NCBI GenBank assembly: GCA_001782045.1
Contig: MFNK01000008.1
Coordinates: 2,597-66,596, forward strand
Source: Candidatus Levybacteria bacterium RIFCSPHIGHO2_01_FULL_36_15b
Lineage (GTDB): Bacteria; Patescibacteriota; Microgenomatia; Levybacterales; UBA12049
Direction: 5' to 3'
DNA: 64,000 bases
The notes under the pieces are model-generated. The model had not been told where the DNA came from, ran no database searches, and worked only from the letters and a program-made list of their open reading frames with translations. A program made the position numbers and the translations under genes. Position 1 is the stretch's first letter. Every line of letters begins with the position of its first letter. Of this stretch, positions 9,446 to 18,967 are shown piece by piece.

Positions 9446-9870
9446 GTTTTTCTTGATCTATATTCTAAAAATGCTAAGATTGCAATTCCCGTTGATGTTG
9501 TTGCGGAAAGAAGGCAATATTGGCAGAATGCTTTTAAATCAAACGCTTGAACTCCAATTAAAACCACAGAAACAACTAAACCAATTCCTGCTAATAAGTA
9601 GAAAGCTTGCAGGAATTTTTCTTTATAATTTGTCAGTATCAAAAGGCATATAATTATAACGCTTAAGTAAAAAAGTGAACCTAAAAGTGCCAAAGGAACG
9701 CCATAAATAACTGAATATTTACTGGTTAAAACAACCTCACACCCTGCAATAGTGCAAGGCGGAGCTACGTTTTTAAAGTGGAGAATAGTTAAGTAGGTTG
9801 TGTCCAAGAAGCCTAAAAATGCAACAATTGCCGCGTAAACAATAAACTTATTTTTTAAATGCATCGTCAA
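9442..9870 (-). CDS. vitamin K epoxide reductase (VKOR)-like membrane protein
   Basis: Multi-TM 142 aa. Loop Cys pair PPCTIAGCEV and TM CxxC (FCQYCL). Genetically paired with the downstream DsbA-like gene. Confidence 0.55.
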   Translation of the reverse strand: MTMHLKNKFIVYAAIVAFLGFLDTTYLTILHFKNVAPPCTIAGCEVVLTSKYSVIYGVPLALLGSLFYLSVIIICLLILTNYKEKFLQAFYLLAGIGLVVSVVLIGVQAFDLKAFCQYCLLSATTSTGIAILAFLEYRSRKT

Positions 9871-10582
9871 TTAGTTTTTTAAAATCTTCGTAACTATTGG
9901 GATTTATTCTTGCTCCGTTTAAATAGAAGCTAGGAGTGGAGTTTAGGCCGGCGGAAATCGATTCTTTTTCTGAATCTGCAACAAAAGCTTTGGCCTGCGT
10001 AGAATTCAAATCATTCGTAAACTTAGCAGTATCCAAGCCCAACATTTGAGCGTAATTTACAAAGATTGTCTGTGGAGTTGTGCTTTCCGACCAATCATTT
10101 TGGTTTTCGTATAAAGCATTGTGCATTTCAAAAAATTTGCCTTGAACATTCGCCGCATAAGCTGCTTTTGCGCTAATTTCTGCGTTTTTATGAATATTAC
10201 TTAATGGAAAAAAGCGGTAAACAAAATGCAAATTTTTATAATCTGCCAAAATTTTATTTACAATCGGATGATAGCTTGCGCAAGCTGGGCATTGATAATC
10301 TCCGTATTCAATTAATGTAACCTTAGAATCTTTTGGTCCCTTTTCAAAATCATACTTTGTAGCAAGAGGAACTGTCTGATCTGTGTTTACCGTAGAAGAA
10401 GGGGATTTGTTTACAAATAAAGCTAATCCTAAAATTGCAATTCCAACTAAAGCTGCAACTCCACCCCAAAGGCCAAATGTCTTTAATTGCTCGTTTCTTT
10501 TTGCTTTTTCAGCTTCTTGTGTCCACTGCGTTTTCTGGAGCGCTTTTTTCTGAGCTTTTGTGAGTTTTTCGTTTCCGTTCAC
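9848..10582 (-). CDS. DsbA-like thioredoxin-fold thiol:disulfide oxidoreductase (membrane-anchored)
   Basis: N-terminal TM. CPAC active-site motif (YGDYQCPACASYHP). Confidence 0.7.
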   Translation of the reverse strand: MNGNEKLTKAQKKALQKTQWTQEAEKAKRNEQLKTFGLWGGVAALVGIAILGLALFVNKSPSSTVNTDQTVPLATKYDFEKGPKDSKVTLIEYGDYQCPACASYHPIVNKILADYKNLHFVYRFFPLSNIHKNAEISAKAAYAANVQGKFFEMHNALYENQNDWSESTTPQTIFVNYAQMLGLDTAKFTNDLNSTQAKAFVADSEKESISAGLNSTPSFYLNGARINPNSYEDFKKLIDDAFKK

Positions 10583-10677
10583 CTGCTAATAATCGCACTT
10601 CGGTAAGTTTTTTTCAAGAGGGATTATTGACAAGAGTGTCAATGAAAATAGCAAATAAATAGTTTTATCATGCTTTT

Positions 10678-11202
10678 ATGACAATTGAAAACGACTTAAG
10701 AAGAGAATCTCAAGCTGCTTCTAAAACGTTCAAAAGAGCTAATCAAGTCAGAATTCTGGTTCACCAAGAAGCGGTAAAGGCCTGGGAAGATCTTGAGAAC
10801 ACACGGATAAAAGCCTTAGAAGGAATTCTCAAAGAAAAAGATTTAGGAGTTTGCTCGGAAAAGCACTATCCATTTGTCGGGGAGTCTGCTAGTAGAAACG
10901 ATAATACAGAGTTAGGTATTTTTCCAACCTCGCAACTTAAGTATTATTTTGTGGAATTTGTATCACAAGACCCGTGGTTTTATATGTCTATAAATAATTT
11001 CAGGCGAGCCCAGGTTAGGCAATTGTGCCAAGGACATAGCCAAGATGTAAGTTATACTTATACAGAATTAATCGAGGAGAAGGGTAAATTCTTACTGCCA
11101 GAAACCCACAGAGATGTTACAGAGCTTAAGGTTAATAACTATCCAGAAGCCGTTTTTGCTCATTTAGGCATTGCATCATTACCAGCTCGGCCTCGGTTTT
11201 AA
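10678..11202 (+). CDS. hypothetical protein
   Basis: 174 aa ORF with no recognisable motif. Confidence 0.35.
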   Translation: MTIENDLRRESQAASKTFKRANQVRILVHQEAVKAWEDLENTRIKALEGILKEKDLGVCSEKHYPFVGESASRNDNTELGIFPTSQLKYYFVEFVSQDPWFYMSINNFRRAQVRQLCQGHSQDVSYTYTELIEEKGKFLLPETHRDVTELKVNNYPEAVFAHLGIASLPARPRF

Positions 11203-11267
11203 AAAATAAATTGCATTAACTTCAAGAGGTAGCTTGCTTTTTATAATATTTGTGGTATATTTTCTGA

Positions 11268-11708
11268 ATGAATTTGGAAAGAGGGACAGAAAGAATAAAC
11301 CCAGGCATAGACAAAATTCTAGATAAAACCCAAGAAGAATTTAGTGTGGTTTTCCAAGAAGCAAATGCAAAAAGAAGAAAACTCCACAAAAAATTATTAA
11401 CTTTTATACCTGAAAGGTACCGATGGGATGAGCCAGCTATTTCCTTTACATGGGTATCCAACAATATAAACAGGAGTGTAGTTGCAGATGTAGACGGACG
11501 GACAGTAAATGTAGAAATAAATGCTTGGAAGGACGCTGAAGAAGGCGGAACAACCCTTAGAAATTGGAATAACAAATTAATTGGAAATTCTGCTTCTGGA
11601 ACTCCTAGAGAGCACGAACTTTTACGTATGGCGTTTCAAAAGGTTTCCAGCTGGAAGCTTTCCGACTTAAATAGGGAAAATCCTCTCAGTCGGGGTGCTG
11701 GGAATTGA
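11268..11708 (+). CDS. hypothetical protein (3' end overlaps tRNA-Pro on the opposite strand)
   Basis: 146 aa ORF with no motif recognised. The overlap with the tRNA suggests a shorter true extent or a spurious call. Confidence 0.25.
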   Translation: MNLERGTERINPGIDKILDKTQEEFSVVFQEANAKRRKLHKKLLTFIPERYRWDEPAISFTWVSNNINRSVVADVDGRTVNVEINAWKDAEEGGTTLRNWNNKLIGNSASGTPREHELLRMAFQKVSSWKLSDLNRENPLSRGAGN

Positions 11709-11761
11709 ACCCAGTGTCTCATCGTCCCGAACGATGCATGTTACCGATACACTACACCCCG
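11690..11761 (-). tRNA. tRNA-Pro (anticodon CGG)
   Basis: Manual cloverleaf. Acceptor CGGGGTG/CACCCCG, anticodon loop TTCGGGA, T-arm CTGGG-TTCAATT-CCCAG. CCA not encoded. Confidence 0.7.
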
Positions 11762-11767
11762 CTTTGT

Positions 11768-11838
11768 ACCCCCAGACGGAATTGAACTGTCATCTCGCCC
11801 TTAGGACGGGCTTGCTCTATCCGTTGAGCTATGGGGGC
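11768..11838 (-). tRNA. tRNA-Arg (anticodon CCT)
   Basis: Manual cloverleaf. Acceptor GCCCCCA/TGGGGGT, anticodon loop GTCCTAA, T-loop TTCAATT. Confidence 0.65.
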
Positions 11839-11880
11839 TCGAGGTTATTTTACCACAAATTTATGCTATAATTCGTCCTT

Positions 11881-12648
11881 ATGAATAAAATTGAGTCGGG
11901 TTTTATACCCTTGCCAAAAGTAGAGCGGGAACAGCCTTTAGATAATGTGTATTTTAATTTTAATCTGCCACAATTCGTGGATCAGGACAGAATTGGGGTA
12001 AATATAGGAAGAGTAGATAGAATAAACAATCTCAGTGGAATTTTCGCATTAAAAGTTGAAGGTAAAACAGATTTGGATCAATCTAGCGAAGAGCATAATG
12101 TTGTAGGCGTTAACTCTGATGGTAGTGCGTTGGCTTCAAAAAGTAAAACAAAGAATATCGTGCCTACTGCGGATATTTTTGCGAGAGGAGAATTTAATCA
12201 TTTTGAGAAATCAAATAGCAGATCAGTAGCGCTTGGACTGGCTTTAAACATAAGTGAAATCACATCAAGGATTCAATTATCAAATAAAAATATCAGAGAA
12301 TCAGATTCTTGGTCTAAAGAGATTGACAAAGCATTAAGAGAGAAATTAAGAAAAGGGGGGACAGATAACCTAGTTAAGCTAAATACATTCGAAAAATGGT
12401 GGTTTCCTTTTGCGTATGGAATAATGCCAGGAACTATTTTTGCAATAAACGGGACATTTCCTATGGTTTATTACAGCGTAATTTACTCCTTAGACAAGTT
12501 TTTTGATATTTTGAAGCATAGAGATTATCCTGAAACAAGAATTTCTCTTTTCCCATCTGTTGCTCCACAACTTGATAGAGCTGCCGCTTTGCAGGTTTTA
12601 ACAAGAACTCAAAAGCTGGTTTCCGATTTACAGCCCGATAAAAAGTAG
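11881..12648 (+). CDS. hypothetical protein
   Basis: 255 aa with hydrophobic C-terminal segments. No motif recognised. Confidence 0.35.
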   Translation: MNKIESGFIPLPKVEREQPLDNVYFNFNLPQFVDQDRIGVNIGRVDRINNLSGIFALKVEGKTDLDQSSEEHNVVGVNSDGSALASKSKTKNIVPTADIFARGEFNHFEKSNSRSVALGLALNISEITSRIQLSNKNIRESDSWSKEIDKALREKLRKGGTDNLVKLNTFEKWWFPFAYGIMPGTIFAINGTFPMVYYSVIYSLDKFFDILKHRDYPETRISLFPSVAPQLDRAAALQVLTRTQKLVSDLQPDKK

Positions 12649-12661
12649 ATACAATTAGGTT

Positions 12662-13402
12662 GTGAAAAGAGGAGAAGTTATTAAATTTATAATTCTGCGA
12701 ACTGTTGGGAATTTCTTGGTTCTTTTTGCAATTTATGGAATTATTGCGACTTTTGGTCCGGCACTCTATTACGAGCTAAACTATCGAATTCTAACAGCGC
12801 GTGGAGTAAAGTATATTGTTCAAAATCCACAAACTCAAAATATTCAGCCGACTCCAATGCCTAATCAGCCTCAAATTACACCCATTCCAACTTCGCCCAC
12901 ATCCAGGGGAGTTGCAAGCTTTACAGACGTTTTACTGGGCGCAAAAGAACAAGTTTTGGTGGCTCCGGATCCAGAGTTTAGTATTGTTATTCCAAAAATT
13001 GGAGCTTCTGCAAAAGTTTTTGCAAATGTGGATAGTTCGGATGAAAAAAGTTACCAGCAGATTTTGCAGCAGGGAGTTGCTCACGCAAGAGGAACAGTTT
13101 TCCCAGGTCTTTTAGGCAACATTTATCTTTTTGCCCACTCAACGGATAATTTTTGGAACGTTGGAAGATATAATGCAGTATTCTATTTGCTAAAAGACTT
13201 GCAGCCGGGGGACGAAATTACTGTTTTTTATCAAAATATTAGGCACGATTATATTGTTACAGGTTCTCAAATAGTTAACCCAAATGATGTTTCTCATATA
13301 GTTAATGCACAAAAAGAGAATAGTGAAACATTAATTCTTCAAACTTGCTGGCCGCCCGGAACCATTTTTCAACGGTTGCTTGTCTTTGCAAAACCAAAAT
13401 GA
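12662..13402 (+). CDS. sortase family transpeptidase
   Basis: N-terminal TM. Catalytic His (YLFAHST) and TLxTC motif (ETLILQTCWPPGT). Confidence 0.7.
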   Translation: MKRGEVIKFIILRTVGNFLVLFAIYGIIATFGPALYYELNYRILTARGVKYIVQNPQTQNIQPTPMPNQPQITPIPTSPTSRGVASFTDVLLGAKEQVLVAPDPEFSIVIPKIGASAKVFANVDSSDEKSYQQILQQGVAHARGTVFPGLLGNIYLFAHSTDNFWNVGRYNAVFYLLKDLQPGDEITVFYQNIRHDYIVTGSQIVNPNDVSHIVNAQKENSETLILQTCWPPGTIFQRLLVFAKPK

Positions 13403-14010
13403 AAGGAATAGCGCTAGATATCGATGAAACAATTTCGTATACAGTTGAATACTGGGTTAGACAGCTTTCAAAAAAGTTCGGAAATCCTAAAAATTTAACC
13501 CCAAGAGAAATTTTCGAGCAGTATAGGCTAATACAAAACTTTCCTCATTGGCAGTCAAAAGAAGCTCAAGACTGGATAGATAAAGATAGAAATTCAAACG
13601 AAATCCAAAAGGATTTACCACTCATAAAAAATTCAAACCATAGCGTTAATAAGCTTAATAAGATTATTCCGGTTGTCTGTTATTTAACTACAAGGCCCCA
13701 AAGCGTGCTTGAGGGAACAACATATTGGCTGGAAAAGCATAATTTTCCCAAGGCCAAGGTTATAGGCAAGCCTGCAAAAATAACCTATGAAGACGGTACA
13801 AAGTGGAAAGCGAATATGCTCCAGAAATTGTTCCCACAAGTCCAGGGCATAGTAGACGATAATTTGCATTTAATAGATTACTTACCAAAGACTTACAAAG
13901 GATATATTTTCCTTTATGACATCAAAAACTTCTCTTCTGATTTTAAAAATGTAATAGTTTGCCCAACTTGGGAAGATGTTTTAGAAAACGCAGCAAAAGT
14001 CTACAAATAA
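13399..14010 (+). CDS. HAD-superfamily hydrolase-like protein
   Basis: ORF track starts at 13345; the in-frame ATG at 13399 gives MKGIALDIDETI with the DxDxT HAD motif I. Confidence 0.5.
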   Translation: MKGIALDIDETISYTVEYWVRQLSKKFGNPKNLTPREIFEQYRLIQNFPHWQSKEAQDWIDKDRNSNEIQKDLPLIKNSNHSVNKLNKIIPVVCYLTTRPQSVLEGTTYWLEKHNFPKAKVIGKPAKITYEDGTKWKANMLQKLFPQVQGIVDDNLHLIDYLPKTYKGYIFLYDIKNFSSDFKNVIVCPTWEDVLENAAKVYK

Positions 14011-14039
14011 TTGACATGTTTGACCCCTTTTGATATAAT
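14011..14039 (+). promoter_or_regulatory. consensus sigma70 promoter TTGACA-17-TATAAT
   Basis: Perfect -35 (14011-14016) and -10 (14034-14039) hexamers with a 17 nt spacer. Drives small ORFs, including a 51-codon ORF at 14097-14252. Confidence 0.5.
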
Positions 14040-14252
14040 TATTCTTTGTGAATAAAGAGAATTGAAATATTCTTCATAAGCTACAAAAACTACAATATGG
14101 TAGAAAGAGATTTAATTAGAAACGTCAAAATGTCTTCTGAACCTCAAAACGGAGACATAGGAAAGCCAAGTGATCCAAAATCACAGGAAGTCTATAATAT
14201 GAGGTGGGAAGACCAGAAGAGAAGAAACAGGAGAATAGGCCCCTTAAAATAA

Positions 14253-14280
14253 TTGACTTTGCTCAATACTTTGTTATAAT
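14253..14280 (+). promoter_or_regulatory. sigma70-like promoter TTGACT-16-TATAAT
   Basis: TTGACT at 14253-14258, TATAAT at 14275-14280, 8 nt upstream of ATG 14288. Confidence 0.45.
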
Positions 14281-14287
14281 TGCCTCC

Positions 14288-14476
14288 ATGGCCGAATTTG
14301 AACCCAAATCTGTTTACAATAGAGAAGTACCTGATGATGTTCAGCGAGAAGGTACTTTGGAGGATTCTGCTTTAAGAAAAGCATTATTTAATGTTTGGGA
14401 AAGAACTTCAAAAAGAATAAAAAGAAATCCCAAAAGACCTAAGCCATTAAAACAAGGTCATGGGATTCACCTCTAA
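14288..14476 (+). CDS. small basic hypothetical protein (62 aa)
   Basis: ORF track 14204..14476 (GTG start); the ATG at 14288 (MAEFEPKSVY...) directly follows a near-consensus promoter. Lys/Arg-rich C-terminus. Confidence 0.3.
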   Translation: MAEFEPKSVYNREVPDDVQREGTLEDSALRKALFNVWERTSKRIKRNPKRPKPLKQGHGIHL

Positions 14477-14777
14477 TATGGCAGCAGAGCTTGGAAAACT
14501 AGCCCAACTCGCACGAAAAGATAGGGATTTTTATTCAGCCTCTCAATTTCTTAATGTAGCAAGTAACTTTTTGCTTGATCAAGAACAAATACCACTAAGC
14601 CTAAATCCAAATCCCGAATCTGATACCCTAATCTTTATTGCTCAAGGACTTAAAGAGCGAAAATACGAGCAGGGAGCGAGCTTCGTATTAGCTCTAAATG
14701 AGCTTTTTAATGTAACAGGAATATTTACAGATGAAAAACAAATAGAACTTGTAGAAAAAGCCAAAAAAGCGGCCTAA
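14460..14777 (+). CDS. hypothetical protein
   Basis: 105 aa ORF with no motif recognised. Confidence 0.3.
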   Translation: MGFTSNMAAELGKLAQLARKDRDFYSASQFLNVASNFLLDQEQIPLSLNPNPESDTLIFIAQGLKERKYEQGASFVLALNELFNVTGIFTDEKQIELVEKAKKAA

Positions 14778-15980
14778 TTATTTAAGGCTGATTGTATAAA
14801 GGTTTGGGGTAATCGCCAAATTGCCTAAGTTAGTTAAAATAACTAATTTTGAAGCTCCTGGCCACGAAAACACGAAGCTATCTACAAAAGGTCCTGCATA
14901 AACAGTTGTCTGATTTTGAGCATCGTATTCCATAATATCTATTTTGCCGTTATGCACATACACCAAGTGCTTTGAATCCGGATACCAGTTTATAGGTAAA
15001 GGGGAATCTTCGGCCATTTTAGGCAAATTGTCCAAGATTTTGTAGTTTTTATCTTCTTTTGTGTCGTAGACATATACCGAATCTTTTTCTATATCCCGTG
15101 ATTCCTGTGTTGAATTTGTGCCTATCAATGGAGGGTTTATTAATGGCTCAATAGTCCCCGAAACGGATGCAGAATAGAGTATTTTAGTATCATCCGCTGA
15201 CCAGTCTAAAACATTAAAATATTGCGAAACTACCGCTCTTACGTTCTTTTTAAGTCCTGCTATTCTTGCCATTTCCTTTTCTAATTTTAAATCTTCCCAA
15301 GTTGCATTAACCGTATCAAGCGTTAAGGTTACATTATCAGGACTTGTGTTTAAGGAATCTGCAGCAAGCAGATAATGCGATGCTAGTGGCGTAGTAAAAC
15401 TTGCCAGAAGCTCCTTGCTATCAGGTGACCATGTAATTGTACTTTGTGAGAAGTTAAGGCCAGCATCGTTTGCAACCTGTGTAGAGGCATTTTGAAGAGT
15501 TAAAACCGGCCTTAATGTCATATCAAGTATATATATTCCATTTTTTAGTGCTGATTGCGATGATACGTTATAAGCAAGAAGAGTCTTAGTTGGATCTAGT
15601 ACCGGGTTTGAAACACCTATATTGGTAATGTTTTCAAGCTTAGGAGCGGCCGGAATAAGCAGGGCATCGGCTTTGCTTACTACCTCTTTTTTTACCGTAA
15701 TTTTTTTGTTCCACGCAAAGTAGCCGTCTTTATAAATTCGCACTTCATATTCTCCCGGGGATAAATTTATGGTATTGTCGGTTGCTGTAGTAAGCTCTCC
15801 GTTTACAAAAACTTGTGCGCCATTTGGGGTACTGGTTGCAACGAGTAAGCCGGTTCCGGCCACTTTAGGGGTTCCGCCTGAAAATCCAAATCTGTAGCCT
15901 TTTCCATAGAGAATAACAGTTGCTGTAATGGCAAGTAGTATGGCAGTGACTGCAAAAGATATAGCAAGCTGTTTTCGCAT
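14778..15980 (-). CDS. PEGA domain-containing membrane-anchored protein with C-terminal beta-propeller-like region
   Basis: N-terminal TM. PEGA-like segment (PGEYEVRIYKDGYFAWNKKITV). Rest is rich in beta-strand-type residues. Confidence 0.5.
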   Translation of the reverse strand: MRKQLAISFAVTAILLAITATVILYGKGYRFGFSGGTPKVAGTGLLVATSTPNGAQVFVNGELTTATDNTINLSPGEYEVRIYKDGYFAWNKKITVKKEVVSKADALLIPAAPKLENITNIGVSNPVLDPTKTLLAYNVSSQSALKNGIYILDMTLRPVLTLQNASTQVANDAGLNFSQSTITWSPDSKELLASFTTPLASHYLLAADSLNTSPDNVTLTLDTVNATWEDLKLEKEMARIAGLKKNVRAVVSQYFNVLDWSADDTKILYSASVSGTIEPLINPPLIGTNSTQESRDIEKDSVYVYDTKEDKNYKILDNLPKMAEDSPLPINWYPDSKHLVYVHNGKIDIMEYDAQNQTTVYAGPFVDSFVFSWPGASKLVILTNLGNLAITPNLYTISLK

Positions 15981-16004
15981 AGGTGTAGGGATTATACAAC
16001 CACA

Positions 16005-16032
16005 CCTTGCCCTCTTGCAAGTTTATTCTATG
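16005..16032 (+). promoter_or_regulatory. sigma70-like promoter TTGCAA-16-TATAAT upstream of mreB
   Basis: TTGCAA at 16005-16010, TATAAT at 16027-16032. Confidence 0.4.
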
Positions 16033-16114
16033 GTGTTATAATCGTCATATTGAGGCTAACTTCTTAATTGATAGGTTTAAATGATGGTTTGATACGGTTA
16101 ACCTCCTTAAAAAT

Positions 16115-17134
16115 ATGGCGCTGTCTAAACGAGTGGGCATAGATTTAGGTACTGCAAACACGCTAGTTTATCTGGCTGGGGAAGGAATTGTACTTAACGA
16201 GCCGACAGTTGTTGCCGTAACCGCAGAGGAAAATCGTGTAGTAGCAGTTGGAAAAGAAGCAAAGGAAATGCTAGGACGCACTCCCGGAAATATCGTAGCA
16301 ATGAGGCCGCTAAGAGATGGAGTAATAGCAGATTACACAATAACCGAGGCTATGCTTTCGTATTTTATAGATAAAGCCGCTGGTAGGTCTTTATTTTTCA
16401 AGCCGGAGGTTATGATTTGTATTCCTTCGGGTGTTACTCAAGTAGAAAGAAGGGCAGTTTTAGACGCAACTATGGCAGCCGGAGCAAGGGTTGCCTATTT
16501 AATAGAAGAGCCTTTAGCTGCCGCAATTGGAGCCAAAATTCCAATTGCCCAGCCCGCCGGACACATGATTGTTGATATAGGCGGAGGCTCAACTGAATCA
16601 GCAGTTATTTCCTTAGGAGGAGTTGTAGTTCATCATTCGGTTAGAGTTGGCGGAAACAAAATTGACGAAGCAATAGCTGCTTACTGCAAAAAGAAGTTTA
16701 ATTTATTAGTAGGAGAGCGAACGGCTGAAGAAATCAAAATTCAGATGGGAAATGCCTTGATTGATGAAAAGAAGGTATCAGATCAGAAAAAAATGGAAAT
16801 AAGAGGCCGTGACTCTATAACAGGGCTTCCTCGTACGATTGAACTAAATGAAGGTCAAGTAAATGAGGCTATTATGCCGGTTCTTTTAGATATTATTTCG
16901 GCAGTTAAGGGAGTTATGGAACAAACTCCTCCGGAACTTGCCAGTGACATTATTGATAAAGGAGTTGTAATGAGTGGGGGTACATCTCTTCTTACAAACC
17001 TTGATAAGTTAATGACTAAAGTAACAGGGGTTCCATGTCATGTTGCGGAAGATGCTCTTCTTTGTGTTGTTAGAGGAACAGGCGTAGCGCTTGAAAACAT
17101 AGAGCTTTATAAAAGAAGCATTGCTAAAAAATAA
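16115..17134 (+). CDS. mreB: rod shape-determining protein MreB (paralog 1)
   Basis: GIDLGTANTLVY phosphate-1 motif. Actin-fold ATPase layout. 339 aa. Confidence 0.9.
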   Translation: MALSKRVGIDLGTANTLVYLAGEGIVLNEPTVVAVTAEENRVVAVGKEAKEMLGRTPGNIVAMRPLRDGVIADYTITEAMLSYFIDKAAGRSLFFKPEVMICIPSGVTQVERRAVLDATMAAGARVAYLIEEPLAAAIGAKIPIAQPAGHMIVDIGGGSTESAVISLGGVVVHHSVRVGGNKIDEAIAAYCKKKFNLLVGERTAEEIKIQMGNALIDEKKVSDQKKMEIRGRDSITGLPRTIELNEGQVNEAIMPVLLDIISAVKGVMEQTPPELASDIIDKGVVMSGGTSLLTNLDKLMTKVTGVPCHVAEDALLCVVRGTGVALENIELYKRSIAKK

Positions 17135-17370
17135 AATTAACAATATCCTATAATGATTATAGACATAAATAGTACCACAAATAACATTAGACTTTCACGG
17201 ATTTTTTTCACAGTCCATCAGGTTATAGTAATTGGGTTGAATATTCGACTAAATCGATTGTTTTCATTTGCCTCAGGTGCAAGGTAAGGCTAGAAAGTAT
17301 GAGTAATAAAATTATTCGTTTTTATAGAAAACTAGAAAATAATAAAAATCATCTTTTATCTTATAGTTAA

Positions 17371-18081
17371 ATGACCAGCTTAAGCAAAATTTTAATACTT
17401 GGTGTAGGTGTTACAAATGCTAAAGAGCAAGATATCTTAGAGTTTATTACTAAAGGCCTAGAGAAAAAGGATGAAAAGTTTTATGTTGTTACACCAAATC
17501 CCGAAATTTTGGTAATTGCCAACAAAAACTCATACTATAAAAAAGTACTAAACGGTGCAAAAATAGCCTTACCCGATGGCATAGGGGTAGTATGGGGAGC
17601 TCAATTACTGGGTAAACAGCTTCAGGAGAGAATAACCGGTGTAGACTTTGTGAAAAGTCTCTGTAAGCACATTGCAAATCGGCCTATAACAGTAAGCTTT
17701 TTAGGGGGTAGGCATAATATAGCAGAATTAACTGCCGAGTGCTTAGTTCGTGAAAATCCCGGATTAAAAGTTGTTTGGGCCTATAAAGACTGGGAAAATG
17801 CTCTAAAATCTAAGTATACAGACATACTTTTTGTCGCATTTGGGTCTCCAAAGCAAGAAATTTGGATAAAAGAGCATTTTAGCGACATTCCGGCGAAAGT
17901 AATAATAGGAGTAGGGGGATCATTTGACTTTATTAGCGGTAAAATACCAAGGGCACCGGAGTTATTGAGAAACTTAGGACTTGAGTGGTTATTTAGACTT
18001 TTAATTCAGCCGTGGAGAATAAAGAGGCAATTTTCACTTTTAAAGTATATATATTTAATAGTAAAAGAAAAGTTGCGTTAA
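17371..18081 (+). CDS. WecB/TagA/CpsF family glycosyltransferase
   Basis: TPNPEI, DGIGVVW, FGSPKQEIW and GVGGSFDFISG motifs, characteristic of the N-acetylmannosaminyltransferase family. Confidence 0.75.
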   Translation: MTSLSKILILGVGVTNAKEQDILEFITKGLEKKDEKFYVVTPNPEILVIANKNSYYKKVLNGAKIALPDGIGVVWGAQLLGKQLQERITGVDFVKSLCKHIANRPITVSFLGGRHNIAELTAECLVRENPGLKVVWAYKDWENALKSKYTDILFVAFGSPKQEIWIKEHFSDIPAKVIIGVGGSFDFISGKIPRAPELLRNLGLEWLFRLLIQPWRIKRQFSLLKYIYLIVKEKLR

Positions 18082-18967
18082 TTACCTCTATATCGATTAC
18101 ATTTATCAATAAATCCTTTTATTAATGTTGGTAGTTAAAATTAGTATTTTTCATTTTCACAAATACAAATATTATGTTTTCATAAATTGTTAGATATACC
18201 AATAATTGTAAAACGTGTTGTATTTATTTTTAAAACTTACTAAAATTACGTAAATTTTGCTTGATTAATTATGATATCTTTAGTTATAAATTAATACTTA
18301 AAGATATATACTATATTAGTATCTGAGCCTGAATAAAAAAGTAGTCCTATATTATAAGTAAATGTCATAATGTTAAAATACGAAAAAAAATAGAAGATAT
18401 GTCAATTTTAAGGCTAAATATAACTAATTACCGAATATTTACCGAAAGAAGCATTTTAAGCTTGAGGTGATTTAATTTCACAAATTAGGGTTGCTTTTAC
18501 TCATAAAGCGCTACTAGAATCTAATTAAATATTAAACAATTGACTAAATGATTCTTTGTATTGAGTTTAAAATCTAAACACTTCACTTTTATGCTTAGCA
18601 CACATAATTTTCAGCTGCTAAAATACCCCTAAAAAAGCATTTTCACATCAAAGATTTAGGATATTTAATTAATTTTGAGTTCAATTCACCTAATTCGATT
18701 ATATTTCGTATTTATTCTTTAATTCGGGTTCTACCGCTCGCGCTCGATCGCTTATTAGGACACGCTCATCAATCTCTTTTTAAGATTTAGAATTTTCTCT
18801 CCACTTCGCTAAGTTAAAATCTGCACTAATCCTAATTTTCCAAACACAAACGCAGATTTTCAGTTGTCTCATAATCGACCGAAGCGCTCACGTCACCCGT
18901 AAAAATTCCAAATCTCGCATTCTTGCTATTTATTGAACATTAATCATTAATCATTTATTATTAATTT

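Noticed and set aside
12816-13115. ORF 12816-13115 (+, 99 aa) inside the sortase gene
   Set aside because: It is an alternative frame within the sortase CDS, which has catalytic motifs.
18082-18967. oriC hypothesis for the 886 bp AT-rich block
   Set aside because: No cluster of DnaA-box-like 9-mers (TTATCCACA and variants) could be found by eye, and there is no dnaA or dnaN nearby. Kept only as an unexplained noncoding block.
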